NCBI GenBank assembly: GCA_000165425.1
Contig: CT868062.1
Location: 124,001 to 178,157 of the forward strand
Direction: 5' to 3'
DNA from: Paramecium tetraurelia
Taxonomy: Eukaryota
DNA length: 54,157 nt
The notes under the pieces are model-generated. The model searched no databases, was not told the DNA's origin, and saw only the letters and a program-made list of their open reading frames with translations. The position numbers were made by a program, and so were the translations under genes. This document shows, piece after piece, positions 27,619-40,215 of this stretch. The first letter of the stretch is position 1, and each line of letters starts with the position of its first letter.

Positions 27619-30343
27619 TCATTGGTTAAATTATAATTTATTAATAGTTTTTATTTTTTGCATTTATTTTTTGGCCTCATTCAATATTACTTTTGATATT
27701 TGTGATTTACTTTTAGTCTATTTGAAAGTCTTTGATTTATCATTAATATTGTGTTCAGTTCGACATTCCTGTCTATAAGTAGACATCAGAGCAAGACTAT
27801 TGCTTCCAGGTCTAGTCTGACTGCTATGATTAGTTAGATACTGAATGGTCTTCTGTTCTCTGTGAATATTATGTTTAAAAGTATTGCTGAATTCCTGGTT
27901 GTTGATCTGATGATAAATGTGACTCACTACATACATATATGTGAAATAGTACATGATTGAATTCTATTCAAAGACAGAGTGAGCTATCTATTTTATTTGA
28001 TGAATTCAGTGCGTGGAGTGTAATTGTCATAAAGTAAACTCGTCTTTGCAACCATCGTAGAATCAGTCTAAACATCCCTTTTTATTAAAGGATTCTCTAT
28101 CCCATTTTTTATTTGACTGTAATATTTTTCATAGTTTTCTTCATTTGTCTCTTCTTATTAGGAGTTCTTCTCGTCTAACAACAGAGATCTTCGTCTAAAA
28201 ATTATACAAATTTAAATACGCAAATTGCTTTCTTTTCGAAGTAATATTGGGATCACTGATTTTTGAATCTGTGTAATTTTGCAACTTCTCTGCAGCCATA
28301 TTGTAAGTCATCTGAACAATGTGAGGCAATGGTGTTTATTCACTTGAAGATAAATGACAAAAATGTCTTAATTATTGTGTTTCCACCTTAATCTGATTAC
28401 AAATAATTGCTATCTATTCATAAATACATTAACTTTCAGAAGCTATCCTATTCAAACACAATTACACAAAAGCATCAAAATTATCAGACAATAATTTGTC
28501 ATCAATTTCATTCTCTGTTACTTGTTGACAATATTACTTAAATTCATTGAATATTTGAGCATCATGATATAATAATGATATATTATGAGATTTCTTTAAT
28601 TTTTTGAATTCTGGATAATCATCCAAATGCATCTAAGATTATTGCTGATTTTATTTCAAAAACATCAGAGTCATCTAAGATTACTGATATTTCTCAATCA
28701 TATCTTGACTAGCTATTTCACTTCGTTATGCTATATTGTGAAGTATATTTATTATTCTCTGCAAGAAGATACTAGCTCTATTGTTCATGCACAGAAACAA
28801 GTCTTCCATTTGTTGTCTTCTGCTTATGGTTTATATGATTTTTAGCTTGTTTGTTACACTTGATTAAGCAATATTAGATGTTATTACAACCTAATTAAAA
28901 TTATCATTAGTAGGTTTTGAGCATCTGATTATCCTCTCTTTATTACTTCCATCGTCAAGTTAGAACTAAGCATTTAAATATAATATACCTTCTATTATAT
29001 ATTATTATACTCTTTAAAACATTCGCCCTTTTATTCAATAAGGAATGTATGTTACTCTGCCAATTGTCTTTGCAAATTTGACTACTCTTCATATGCTTTG
29101 AGAATGATCTCTTCAATTATGTTAATGTCTACATTTAATTTAACTTAGGATATCAATTCTTTTGCAGTGATAAAATTCTGTAGAGATTATTGATAATTTA
29201 TTGATTTCTTCTAATTCTTCTTAATTGAATTAATAGATTTAATAGATTGTTTTGATTTGAGGGAAGTCTGTTTGATTTAAGTTTAAAAGACTCCTCCATC
29301 ATCCAAAAAGGAGTTGTCAGATGATTCTATAATCAAATCTTCAGACTCATCGTTCTCATTTTTGGAATCTTAGCTAATATCAATCTTTTAAATTTGATTA
29401 GTACAATATTCATACAACTTGGTCATTGCTAAATAATTTTTGATTATTATCATTTAATTGCCACTAGATTCCCATTTTAACCTTTCTTGTTATTTCAAAT
29501 CTTCGATTTATGACTTTTAGTTATGTATTTGTATTTTTAGTTCGTTGATATGATCCTAAATCACTTCGTATTCTTTCTTCTATTCTTCTGTGTTTGCTTT
29601 ATGAAGATCGTTTTGATCCATCAACTCTTGTAGATATTGATTTCTCCTGCTCTATAATCTTTATATTTTAGTTTTCATCGATTGTAGTAATTATTTGGAT
29701 CTAAGCATTTCAAATTCAGCTAGAATTAATTCATCTTCAGCTTATTTTTATTAATATTTCAACAGTTACATCTAATGTTCCATAGGATAAATCTATTGTT
29801 TCTTCTTATTTATAGACTTAATCAATTCATCAATAGAAATCTATAATTATTTTGTAGTCTCTAAACTTGAAATTGATTATGATTCATCAAATTTACTAAC
29901 AGTTTATAAATGCTAATCCGCTTTCTCAATAATAGTAGGTTTTGTTTCCGATTCATGTTTAATCATTTTCTAATATATTCTCTATTTATAAATGTTATTG
30001 TTTCTTATCTCCTAAAAAATCAAATTGAATTGAGAATTTTGATCATTTATCTATTTCTTCGATGCCTCCTATTTGTTAAACTCCTCCTCCAAAAGAGACT
30101 GAGGATCTTTTATTTTATTGATGTCTTTAAAACTACTTAATCTAGATTCCAAATGACTCAGAGTTTACATTCCTTAATAAATAAAAAATAATCTCAACTA
30201 GATATTAAATCACAAAACCTTAATCTAGCCTAAAAGGACCTCTTAATACAGTATTGAAAATGATTAATACCCTCAATCACTGTACTTAAACTAGTCTCAC
30301 TGATTGATAAATTAGTTTAAATGGAATAAAGAAGGAGACACAT
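27619..30343 (-). CDS. Large coiled-coil hypothetical protein (5' end uncertain)
   Basis: Long Q/E/K-rich frame that includes listed ORF 27718..27954; 23-nt intron near 28967-28989; TGA 27619-27621. Confidence 0.6.
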
Positions 30344-30593
30344 AATTATATAAGTATAATAAAATATTTCAGGGTATAATTGCATAATCAATGAAACCTC
30401 ATCGTGGAGTGATTTATACAAATATCATCATATAAAGTAATAGTATATATCATATCAGAGTGGTGATGCAAATTGAATCAATCTAGCTTATATTAAATAT
30501 AAGTTAATTCATGAGCCAATTGATTTTCATCACAAATTTTAATTTTAATAATGATATTAATTATTTATTTTAATATAATATGAAATACACAAA

Positions 30594-31678
30594 TCAACCA
30601 AGTATTCTAATTTTTTGATTGATAATACCTTAAGCATCCTTAACAGCAACATCAATTGTTTCGATTTCCCAATCATTTGTTTTTTTGTTCTTCTACCCTT
30701 TCACATAACAAACACCTGCCTTTTATCCATACATATCAGTCTCAAACTCGGCCTAATCCCTTATCTGTCCCCCTCTCAACTACTAATTGAATTGGATGTT
30801 TTAACCAAATAATTTCTTAATCTAAGGGTTACTCTATATTATAATCATAGATTATCTGTGAATTTGAGTGTTCAACACACTTATTCGCTAGACTATTACA
30901 TAATACATACTCTATTTGCCTTCACATAATTGTAAATGGCCATAGCTCCAATGATGGTACTAATAATAGTGATATTTCTAACACCACCAACTTTTCTATA
31001 CAACTCTTATTGTCTATATCTTCTTGCCTCTTCTATTTCTTATTCAGTAGTTGGCACCTTAGGTTTGCGAGCATCTATTTCTAACTTTAGATCATAGAGT
31101 GTTCTACGATCGGTAACCAGAGGAGGAGTCATTGCTTAAGCCACTTCCTTTTTCAACACTTAATTTGAATCAACCAACACTATTCTAAAGTCTCCTTATA
31201 ATCCAATGTCAGCAACTAGATGATCAATCTTCCATAACCTCACCTCTGGTGTTAATTTCCAATTTTATAATGCTTCAACATCTTTATTATATTTCATCAC
31301 ATCAGTCATTTGTTTTGAGGATGGTATGTAATATTAAGTCTTATTTTGTATCTCTTGCAATTCTCTTGATTATCCCATTAACTCCACTTTTGCTGCACCC
31401 TTAGGACCAACAACCTGAAAAGAAAATTAACACACATCGTTATTTTGTGTTGCATTGCTACCCATATTTATCTACAGTGATAATGGATATCCTGCCAATT
31501 AGATTATTTAATCATTATGTTACAATATCCTTAAGGCTTCTTAGACTATTGGATGATCATATTTCTGTTTATGCAAATAGCTTGTACCAAAATAACCCAC
31601 ACCTGAGAATCCTAGGAAACATATTAAGAAATTAGGACCAGACCTAAATGGAAATGAATTCTTTAATTTATTAAACAT
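30594..31678 (-). CDS. Probable mitochondrial inner-membrane protein with two TM + Coa1/Tim21-like domains (353 aa)
   Basis: TM then HPIVQEALRILQHNDQIIQLAGYPL...CQFSFQVVGPKGAAKVEL; second TM then SMIIIQSNPQIKKLFGQNI...AEFETDMYGQKAGVCYVKG...WEIETIDV; one 23-nt intron. Confidence 0.72.
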
Positions 31679-31695
31679 TATTTATATAATAATAA

Positions 31696-32550
31696 TCAAG
31701 CCAGAAATTACCTTAAAGTTATTTAGTAAGCAATCTGATAATGTTAGGCTATCCTCTTTTCATTCACTCTCATTTCTATAATTAATTACATAATATCTAC
31801 ATTTATATTTCTCTTTGGCTTGTCCTGCATATAATAAACTCTGCAATCCCATCACTATTTCCACAGCTACAAATATCACTAATACTACTGTAAATTAGAT
31901 CGTTTGAGATTAAGCTACTTTATCTTCCTTCCCATAAACATATGATTGTGTTTACAATATTTAACCATAATCAATCAATAATAATATTGTGATTATCCCC
32001 CTTGTTATCACACAAGTAAAGGTCAACATCATAAATATTGTTAACAACTACTCACTCTTCTGCACAACACAAAAATACCCTAATTCATTTTCATTCTTAC
32101 CTACTAAACATGTTAATAATTTCAGTACATGGACCATCACCAATATTGTTATCAAATAATATACTGTGAATCCCTGTTTATTCCATCTATAAAAACTGAA
32201 AATTGATGAACTATCATAAAACTTCAAGTTCGATTATCCTTCAATATTTATTATTGAACTCAAATTGTATAGAGTAATTGCCTATTCTTTTCCAATAACC
32301 ATACTAACTAAAGCGAATTGATCAAATTGAAAAGTGCTGCTCTTTCGTTAAATTTTGCCCTGTTTGATATCAGTTTTTCCAGTATCTTTTCTTTCTTTCT
32401 AGATTATTTCTTAGGTGAAGGCAGATCTGAATGTTCCGAAAATTGATACGGGCTCATAGCTTCTTGACTTTGAGTCTCATTATCGAATTGTTATAGTAAC
32501 ATAATATTTGTCTCCTGCATCTCTAAATGCTAATCTATTTCTTCACTCAT
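31696..32550 (-). CDS. Hypothetical multi-pass membrane protein
   Basis: ATG 32550, polar N-terminus then several hydrophobic segments (VYYLITILVMVHVLKLL; IFMMLTFTCVITRGIITILLL); short introns; TGA 31696. Confidence 0.6.
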
Positions 32551-33312
32551 CTTATTTTAATTTTATCAATCACAAGTTTGTTCATGCATTCTTATTTAAT
32601 TAAATCAATTATATACAATATTCTACCAATAAAATTTATTTTAAATGAACAATATTCTTAAAAATTTAGAACTTTATTCATAAAGAAACAGCAAATACTT
32701 TATTATTAATTCTATTCTCAATAGTTTAATTCTTATAGGGTCATTAGATTAATATATAAATTTTAAATTAAACTATATCTTATGGCATTTATATTCATTT
32801 AAAAAGACATTTAGAAAATGATTATTTATATTATTTCTAAGATAAATTTCACTCTTTTTAAATAGATATAGAAAGTCATATAAATTGATTATAATAATAA
32901 GTTATCTAGAATTTCAGTTTATTGATAATCGATCTAAATTATGTTAATTTTTTACTTAAATGTTAGTTTCAAGATATATTATATATTTTACAATCTAATT
33001 TGTATATAGTTGTATAATATTTTAAAGTCCTCATAATATTATAAATCAAACAAGTTAATTGTTATTATTTTTCAAATTAAAACAGTGAATATCACTCAAC
33101 ACTACCATTTTCTATCAATTATTACTTCTATTACTATGTAATTAGTATTAATAAAAAGTAATAATTAAATTTTTAATATATTTAATGTTTTTGAATTTTG
33201 ATCATATCTTAATATATCTTTTGATGTATCTTAGAAAGTCAAGATAAAAACCAAAAGTACTCCCCTAACAATATAGTTGAGGAATCTGGTGTAGAAAATG
33301 ATTCTTGACATG

Positions 33313-33366
33313 TGATTGGGTGTTAATTCTTTGAGTAGAGTATTGAGATCTTGAATCTGATTGGTT
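33313..33366 (+). promoter_or_regulatory. Two inverted CCAAT boxes (TGATTGG) upstream of H2A
   Basis: TGATTGG occurs at about 33313 and 33358, 80-130 nt before the H2A ATG; CCAAT boxes are typical of histone promoters. Function inferred. Confidence 0.4.
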
Positions 33367-33444
33367 GATTAATTAAATAAAAGAATTTTGTGACTGTTTA
33401 AAATTGAACCAAATTATCTATTCTAATTATTTAATTAAACTCAA

Positions 33445-33846
33445 ATGTCATCAGGAGGAAAAGGAAAAGCAGGAAAAGGAGGAAAGGCAGCTGGAGCTCA
33501 CAAATCAGTTTCAAGATCACACAAAGCTGGTTTATAATTCCCAGTCGGAAGAGTGTCAAGATATTTGAAATAAGGAAGATACACAGAGAGAGTTGGTGCA
33601 GGTGCTCCAGTCTATTTGTCAGCTGTCCTTGAATATTTGGCTGCTGAAGTTTTGGAACTTGCCGGAAATGCTGCTAAAGATAACAAGAAGAACAGAATCA
33701 ACCCAAGACACATTCTCTTAGCCATCAGAAACGATGATGAATTGAACAAATTAATGGCCAATACTACCATTGCTGATGGAGGTGTCTTACCAAACATTCA
33801 CCCACATTTGTATTCAGCTAAGGAAGACCCAAGCCAAGCTGTTTGA
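33445..33846 (+). CDS. H2A: Histone H2A with C-terminal SQ motif (H2A.X-like)
   Basis: Intronless 133 aa: [65 protein letters not shown], ends PSQAV*. Confidence 0.97.
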
Positions 33847-33874
33847 TTTAATTTTTATTAGTCAAATAATTAAT

Positions 33875-35157
33875 ATGAATATTGATAATATTATCAAAAT
33901 ATGCTAACTTAAAGAGACAAACAAATAATTGTCTTGTTAGTAAATAAGGAAATATTAATTTCTTTATATAACAGTATTTGTCTACTCATCTAGATAAGTT
34001 GTACCATTCCAAATATCAATCCATGATTGACAGAGGATGACAACGAAGTGGTAATCATTTTACAAATATAATTATGCATTGAATTGCTGTCTTCTATACA
34101 CAATTAGAGAAAATACATATTTATAGTAGCATAAAAATGAACAAATGAAGTTTGTATAAATAGTCCTAAGGGTTGTTAATCTTATTTACTTAACAATAAA
34201 GTAGAAAATATGGATTAAATGTTAACATTAATAAACATCAATATAAATTAGTAGTAATAATATAGAGACTAAATAAATAGTTAAAAAATAATAAATATAG
34301 CCTAAAGGAAAGTATTTTAAGAGATACAGCAATAAATATAATATTGTTAATTTCCATTTTAATTAATAGAATCTTTTATATCAGAGGACGTAACCAATAC
34401 TTAAAATTTTATTTTACTAAATTAACAATATCTTTTTAAAATATATCACAGGTTGTTGAATATTTAAAGAGTACTTCAGTCTTAAGAAATTATAATAAAG
34501 AACATCAATAAGTACTCGAATTTAATTTCAATATTGATAAAATTGATTCTAAATTAAACTTTACTATAATGTTTAAATATTTTCCTTAATTAGTCAATCA
34601 AAAAGGAGGTTTATTCTACTAATTTTATGATTTTCATCTATGGTCTTAATAAACATTGTTATTAAAATTTTATTACAAAAAATGAATTCATATTTGTTTA
34701 AACAACAGGATTTTTATCAATATTTACAAAGGACACTTAATAAAAGGCAAATATTGATGTAAGATGCTATCATACTAAGTGTTTTTGTTGATAAAATGAT
34801 TGCTTTTAGATATTTATTAAGAATTTTGGAAAATTAGAGTTAAAAATACACCTCCAAGGCTTATTATGGACAAATCTTTAGTAAACGAAATGGTTCAGAT
34901 TAATGATTAGATCAAAAGGATAAAGGCCATAATTAGTAAGATTTAAGAAATCGTTTCTAGAATAATATACAGATTTTTATAAATTAATTTTTGGAGCCAT
35001 TTAGAATATAGATGAGAGATTCAGTTTATAAGTTATTTAACAATAAGTTTCTGAATAATATGCCAATAAATTCTACTCTTTGAATTAGATAATTTCAGAA
35101 TATGATTTGGAATACTCTTTGGACAAACAAAAATACAATAATTTGATGTACTTATGA
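33875..35157 (+). pseudogene. Probable degraded hypothetical gene
   Basis: Gene-like frame interrupted by in-frame TGA at 34024 and 34138 and by further stops; no family recognised. Confidence 0.4.
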
Positions 35158-35184
35158 ATTAATATAAATTATATTGTTAAATAT

Positions 35185-36810
35185 ATGAAACAAACTCTTC
35201 CAGTGCTTGCCCATTTCGAAAAGAGTTCAGATGAAATTGCGAGTAATCTAAGTGATATTATACAATAGAATATTTTGCATTAAAGTATGGAAACAATTAC
35301 CATATAATAAAACAATTACAAAACCAAAGGAAATAAATTGAAACTCCTATGTTAGAGGCTAAAAGAACATTAAGGACAATAGAATAAGAATGTGATGGAC
35401 TCAAGAGAAGCAATTCCAAATAATCAGAACGCATGAAAGCAACATCTACTTTCAATTTCTCTAGACCTGGTAGTTAATTTGATACATTCATTCAGAGTAC
35501 TCAACATTTTGACTTAAATTCTGGATAACTTCTGCTTTAGAATATCAAATAGATTATGGAGAGTTTGTCAACAAAAGAGGACCCTCCAAATTTCTAATTA
35601 TATTGGGAATCCGTTTATATGTTTAAATGGGAACAATATTTACTTTGTTTTGTCAGACCTTTAACACAAAAGATAATTTAAGAATCAATATTTTTGAGTG
35701 ACATAGTAATTTCATTTATTTAATGTTAAATGAAAGAAAATTTACTAAATAATTCTTAAGAGCATCAATAAGAAATGATAGTATTAACAAAACTTTTATT
35801 GGAAAATTTCTGTCATTTTTTAAAGAAAATATTGACACAAACTAAACAGTAGAATACTTTAGTTGTACAATTACAGACTAAAATTGATTTAATACTGTGT
35901 AAAAATAACCCTTGCATCAGTTTTATTTAAGAATTAAAAAAGAATAATAGTTTCATCAAAACAATTATCGATAAGTTATTATAAAATGATAATCCTAATA
36001 TATAGCCTGTAATTATTACCTGTAGATATTAACTAAGTCAAATAAAGTCATTAGATATATAAACTAGTAGACCATAATTAGTTAATGCAATCTATTTATC
36101 AACTAGTGTTAGTTAATAGCCAGAACAATATTAATCGCCTTTGAAAACCTTATTCAAAGTACCTCATTAATAATAATACGTGATGCACTTAAGATAGTCA
36201 TACAGTAATTTAGAGCCAGTTGAAGTTCCATTTATTAAAACACCATTTCAGCACTCTTTATGTGTAATATTAGATCTGGATGAAACCCTGGGTCATTATG
36301 TATGAGATAGAATAATAAGTTTAGAATGATAAGATAGGCAAATTCATAAGGAGACCAGGATTGGTTGAGTTATTACAAGGTATTAAAGAACACTGTGAAA
36401 TAGTGATCTTTACAGCTGGTTTGCAGAGTGTATATATATAATATATTATAAAGTATGCAGATCATGCGATAGCAGAGTTGTAATGTGATGAATACATAGA
36501 TTATCGATTGTATAGACCACACACTACTTTTAATGGGAACAATTTTGTTAAAGTAAATAAATAATGATTGGATTAGGATATAAGCAAAGTAGGTAGACCT
36601 TTGGAGAGAACAATAATAGTTGACAATACACCTACAAATTATGAATAATAGTAGGACAATGGACTTTTGGTGTCAACATGGATTGATTAATAGGAGGACA
36701 AAGAATTGTTTGAGTTAAAGGATTTGATAATAAAAATAGCTTAGGCAAAAACTAAAGATGTGAGAAAAGCTTTGAAAAAATATAGAGATTACATCAGTAG
36801 ACATAAGTGA
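35185..36810 (+). CDS. FCP1/NIF (CTD small phosphatase-like) HAD-family protein
   Basis: C-terminal CVILDLDETLGHY, RRPGLVELL, EIVIFTAG, RLYRPH, DISKVGRPLERTIIVDNTPTNY; short introns; TGA 36808-36810. Confidence 0.88.
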
Positions 36811-36840
36811 TTATAGATATTGTGATAAATTAATGTTTGA

Positions 36841-37402
36841 TCAAGATCTTTTCTTTTTGAATGGGTTTTCATGAGTCATTTCAAAATAATTATCTACAAA
36901 TTTAGTGATTTCACATTGTTGATTTGCGAAATTCTTAGTTGGTTTATAGACATTCTAAAATATAATGTAATTTACTAATTAGTTGGCAAACCAACCGATT
37001 TCTTGATTTTGTGTCATTGGGAAATTGTATTTTTATCTTGGGATCTGATTTCTCAATTCCAAAGTCTTCTCTAATTTTTGATTTGAGAATGCCTCTTCAA
37101 CTGGATCATCCGTGTATGGATTTCCAAAGATATCATTATCCTTCTCTTTTCTAGAAGATTGATGCGATTGAGGTTCTTGGAATATCACAATGATATATAC
37201 TTATATGATTGGGTTTTTCAGCTAGAATTACAACTGAAATGAATAAGAATTAATAAATACCTCTATTGGGGTTCAATTGAAAATGTTCGGTTCTATTCTT
37301 ATCAAAGAATTTCATTTCGTTTCTAATGTTTTCACTAAACACTATGTCCTTATTTACCACTTGGCCAGGGTCTGGCTGTTTCAGTTATTTCTTTTATGCC
37401 AT
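36841..37402 (-). CDS. CFAP144: FAM183/CFAP144-like ciliary protein
   Basis: IVFSENIRNE..FQLNPNR..LAEKPN, PQDKKYNFPMTQNQEIGWF, CEITKFVDNYFEMTHENPF; short introns. Confidence 0.78.
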
Positions 37403-37417
37403 TAATTTATTAAAAAT

Positions 37418-39048
37418 ATGAATAAATAGGTTTTATCGTTCATTACTTAAAACCAAAACAAATATAGCTACATTCATTTATTAGATAACATCCTAAGTAT
37501 TCAACCTATTAACAATCAACAGTTTTTGATTTTACAAAAGAATAAATTGGACTTACTAACTTTACCAGCTCAATTATAATAAATTATTGATTTTGATTGT
37601 GAATTCGAATTCTTGGATTGTTTAATTTAAGAAACAGAAATCCTCTATATTTTATAATCCTTGCCAAGTAATTCAATTAGTTACTGTAGATTACAAATTA
37701 TTGTTATTAATATACAATAAAAACGAATAGAAACTAAAAGTATTTCAACGAGAAAGTAATGAGAGTCTATCCAAAATCAAAATGATTCAAATCATTGATA
37801 CTGAGTAGTTGATATACAATGCAATTCTTATTAAAAATGAATAAGTATGCTTACTAACTCAAGGTAGAAACAATCCATTTTGTCTTAGGATTAAACAACT
37901 TGACCATTGATATCTGCAGTGAAATTTAAAACCCTATCGATATTTATAGAATTAATGCATAACTACTTTTACTTTTAACCAAAAATTCAACATACATAAT
38001 CAATAATCAAATGGAAATCACATTGATTAATTTGCCAATTCCTATTAATAATATCCTTTAATCATTAACAATTCAAAATTAGCATTACATTCTATCTAAT
38101 AGAACACTTATACGATTTGATGAAACATCCTACACTCTCTATGAGAATCTCATTGATGGAATAACACTTTATGACCAAAATTTGTATCTATTTTATTATA
38201 ATGATCAACAATAATTGTGTTTATCCAATATCGATGGATAAATTTTAATCAAATTGGATTTTCACTAAAAGATATCCAATTTAAATATTGTCAATCTATA
38301 GTCATTATTAATAAAAGATTAACAAGATTCTGGATATTTGATATTTCAACCAGATTTCAAAACAATCTTATAATAATATTTTAGATTAGATGATTTCAAA
38401 GATCAATAGTAATAATAGTAATAATAATAATAATAGTAATAATAAATCACTTAAGAATAATTATTTAATCTTAATAAAACTCAAAGGTATAAATAAAATA
38501 TAGATGATATGATAAGTATCAGTCTTAAATATAGCTATATCTAATTGTTGTTATTGATGTGTGCAAGAATAAGGGTTTTTAGAGAATTCTTTATTCATAT
38601 AGATAAAATGTCTGAAAATGGAAATGAAAAAGAATTAAGAAATTTATTGGACATCAAAAAGATTAAGAAATGTGAATGCATAGAAAATGATTAAATAATG
38701 GAAGAGTTGATTGAAGAATGCCTTTAATATAAAGACAAGAAAATATTTATTTATTTTTAAAAACTTTTTATAGAGAATCCCTTATACGTCAGTGATCACT
38801 ACTATTGTCAAATATTATAGTGTGAAATCAACAGAGTCCTCTATCAAAATGCTGGCTTAGAAATGCCAATCATTCCAAGTTATGCATTTAAAAGAGTGAC
38901 CAATTATATTATGTTTTTATAGAAGGCAAAGATTGTATTTATTTAAGATTTATTTGTAAAGAAGGAAAAACAATTATAATTGTAATAATAAAATATGTAT
39001 TTTTAGAATAAAAAAGGGTATGATAGGAAATGCAATGTAATGTTATGA
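37418..39048 (+). CDS. Hypothetical protein (about 535 aa), beta-rich N-half, internal poly-Gln
   Basis: ATG 37418 to TGA 39046-39048; one 23-nt intron near 37846 gives a length divisible by 3. Confidence 0.6.
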
Positions 39049-39218
39049 GTGTTTGAAACCAATTTCATTTTCAGTCCAGAATAAGAATTAACAACAATAA
39101 GAAAGCAAAATAGTAAAGTATATGGATTGTTATCATGCAATACATAAATAATGTGTATAGATGTAGCATGAATGTAATTATGAGAATAATAAAAAATTGT
39201 TTTAATTTTGATAACTAA

Positions 39219-40202
39219 TCATAATTCGAAAGAGTCATTTTAAATATTAGTCTTACTTTCATTCTCAGTTAATGGAAAAATCCAATTGATATAAAGTGAA
39301 CCAAAGAGTTCTTTAAAATTGTCTACCATTCTTGACTTTCGAAATGGATTGTCAGTTTTCATTTCTTCTATGTGAAATTCAACCGTTGTCACATTTCTTG
39401 CAATATAATATAGGTGAAATGACAGAAGAGTTCCCATAGAGATACAAAGAAGTAAACATGTAAATGCACGCATTTGGCAAAGAAACTTTGAATTTCCTTT
39501 AAGTGAAGTTTCAATAAACAGTTCAAAGGTAATGAATATAACACATTATGACATACAGAGCAACGCATAGATTATGAATTAGCAAAAAACCTATGATTTT
39601 CATATCAATTCAATTATTAACCCATAAACAATGATGATCCTATTGAAGCAAATTGAAAATACCATTCTTAAAACACATTTATTACATTCTTTACAATGAT
39701 CAGTTCTAGGTTATTTAATATTTTTCATTTGAAACAATAGGAATCAAGTTACATAGCTTAAATGATGTCACTAAATGATATGATGTTAAATTGGATTACA
39801 ATATTTCATCTTCTCCATCAATTGCTAATTCATGTTTCTTCATCAAATTTTGTTTATTTTTCTTGAATGATTTTTGAATGTTTTTTAGTTCTGTTCTTGA
39901 TTTCTTCTAATGTATGCTCCTGATAATTTTTGGCCTAAGTTTAGGTCGATTTTAATACCAAATGAGGGAAAGGATAACCAGGGGATTGAATTTGAGCTTG
40001 AATGTAGGCCCAATGAATTATTATGTAGATAAGTGTGAATTCTATTCCAATGAAATTTGTGGATCCACTATTCTATACTAATTATAAATATGATACATTG
40101 CTATATCTATAAGGTAAATAATGAAATACAAATACATAATACTCACTGAAGATGATAGACAAAGATCACAGAAAATATGCCTTTAGGATTTTAAAATTTC
40201 AT
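39219..40202 (-). pseudogene. DHHC palmitoyltransferase pseudogene
   Basis: PRTDHCKECNKCVLRM|DHHCLWVNN and NVTTVEF..NPF..NFKELFG motifs, but TGA replaces the Cys of NNCIG (39610-39612) and there are small deletions near 40155, 39725 and 39585-39605. Confidence 0.85.
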
Positions 40203-40215
40203 AAATTAATATTAA

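Noticed and set aside
39610..39730. TGA at two conserved Cys positions of the DHHC domain, suggesting selenocysteine or UGA=Cys recoding
   Set aside because: One TGA arises from a 1-nt deletion, the gene has other frameshifts, and TGA is the normal stop in all intact neighbours.
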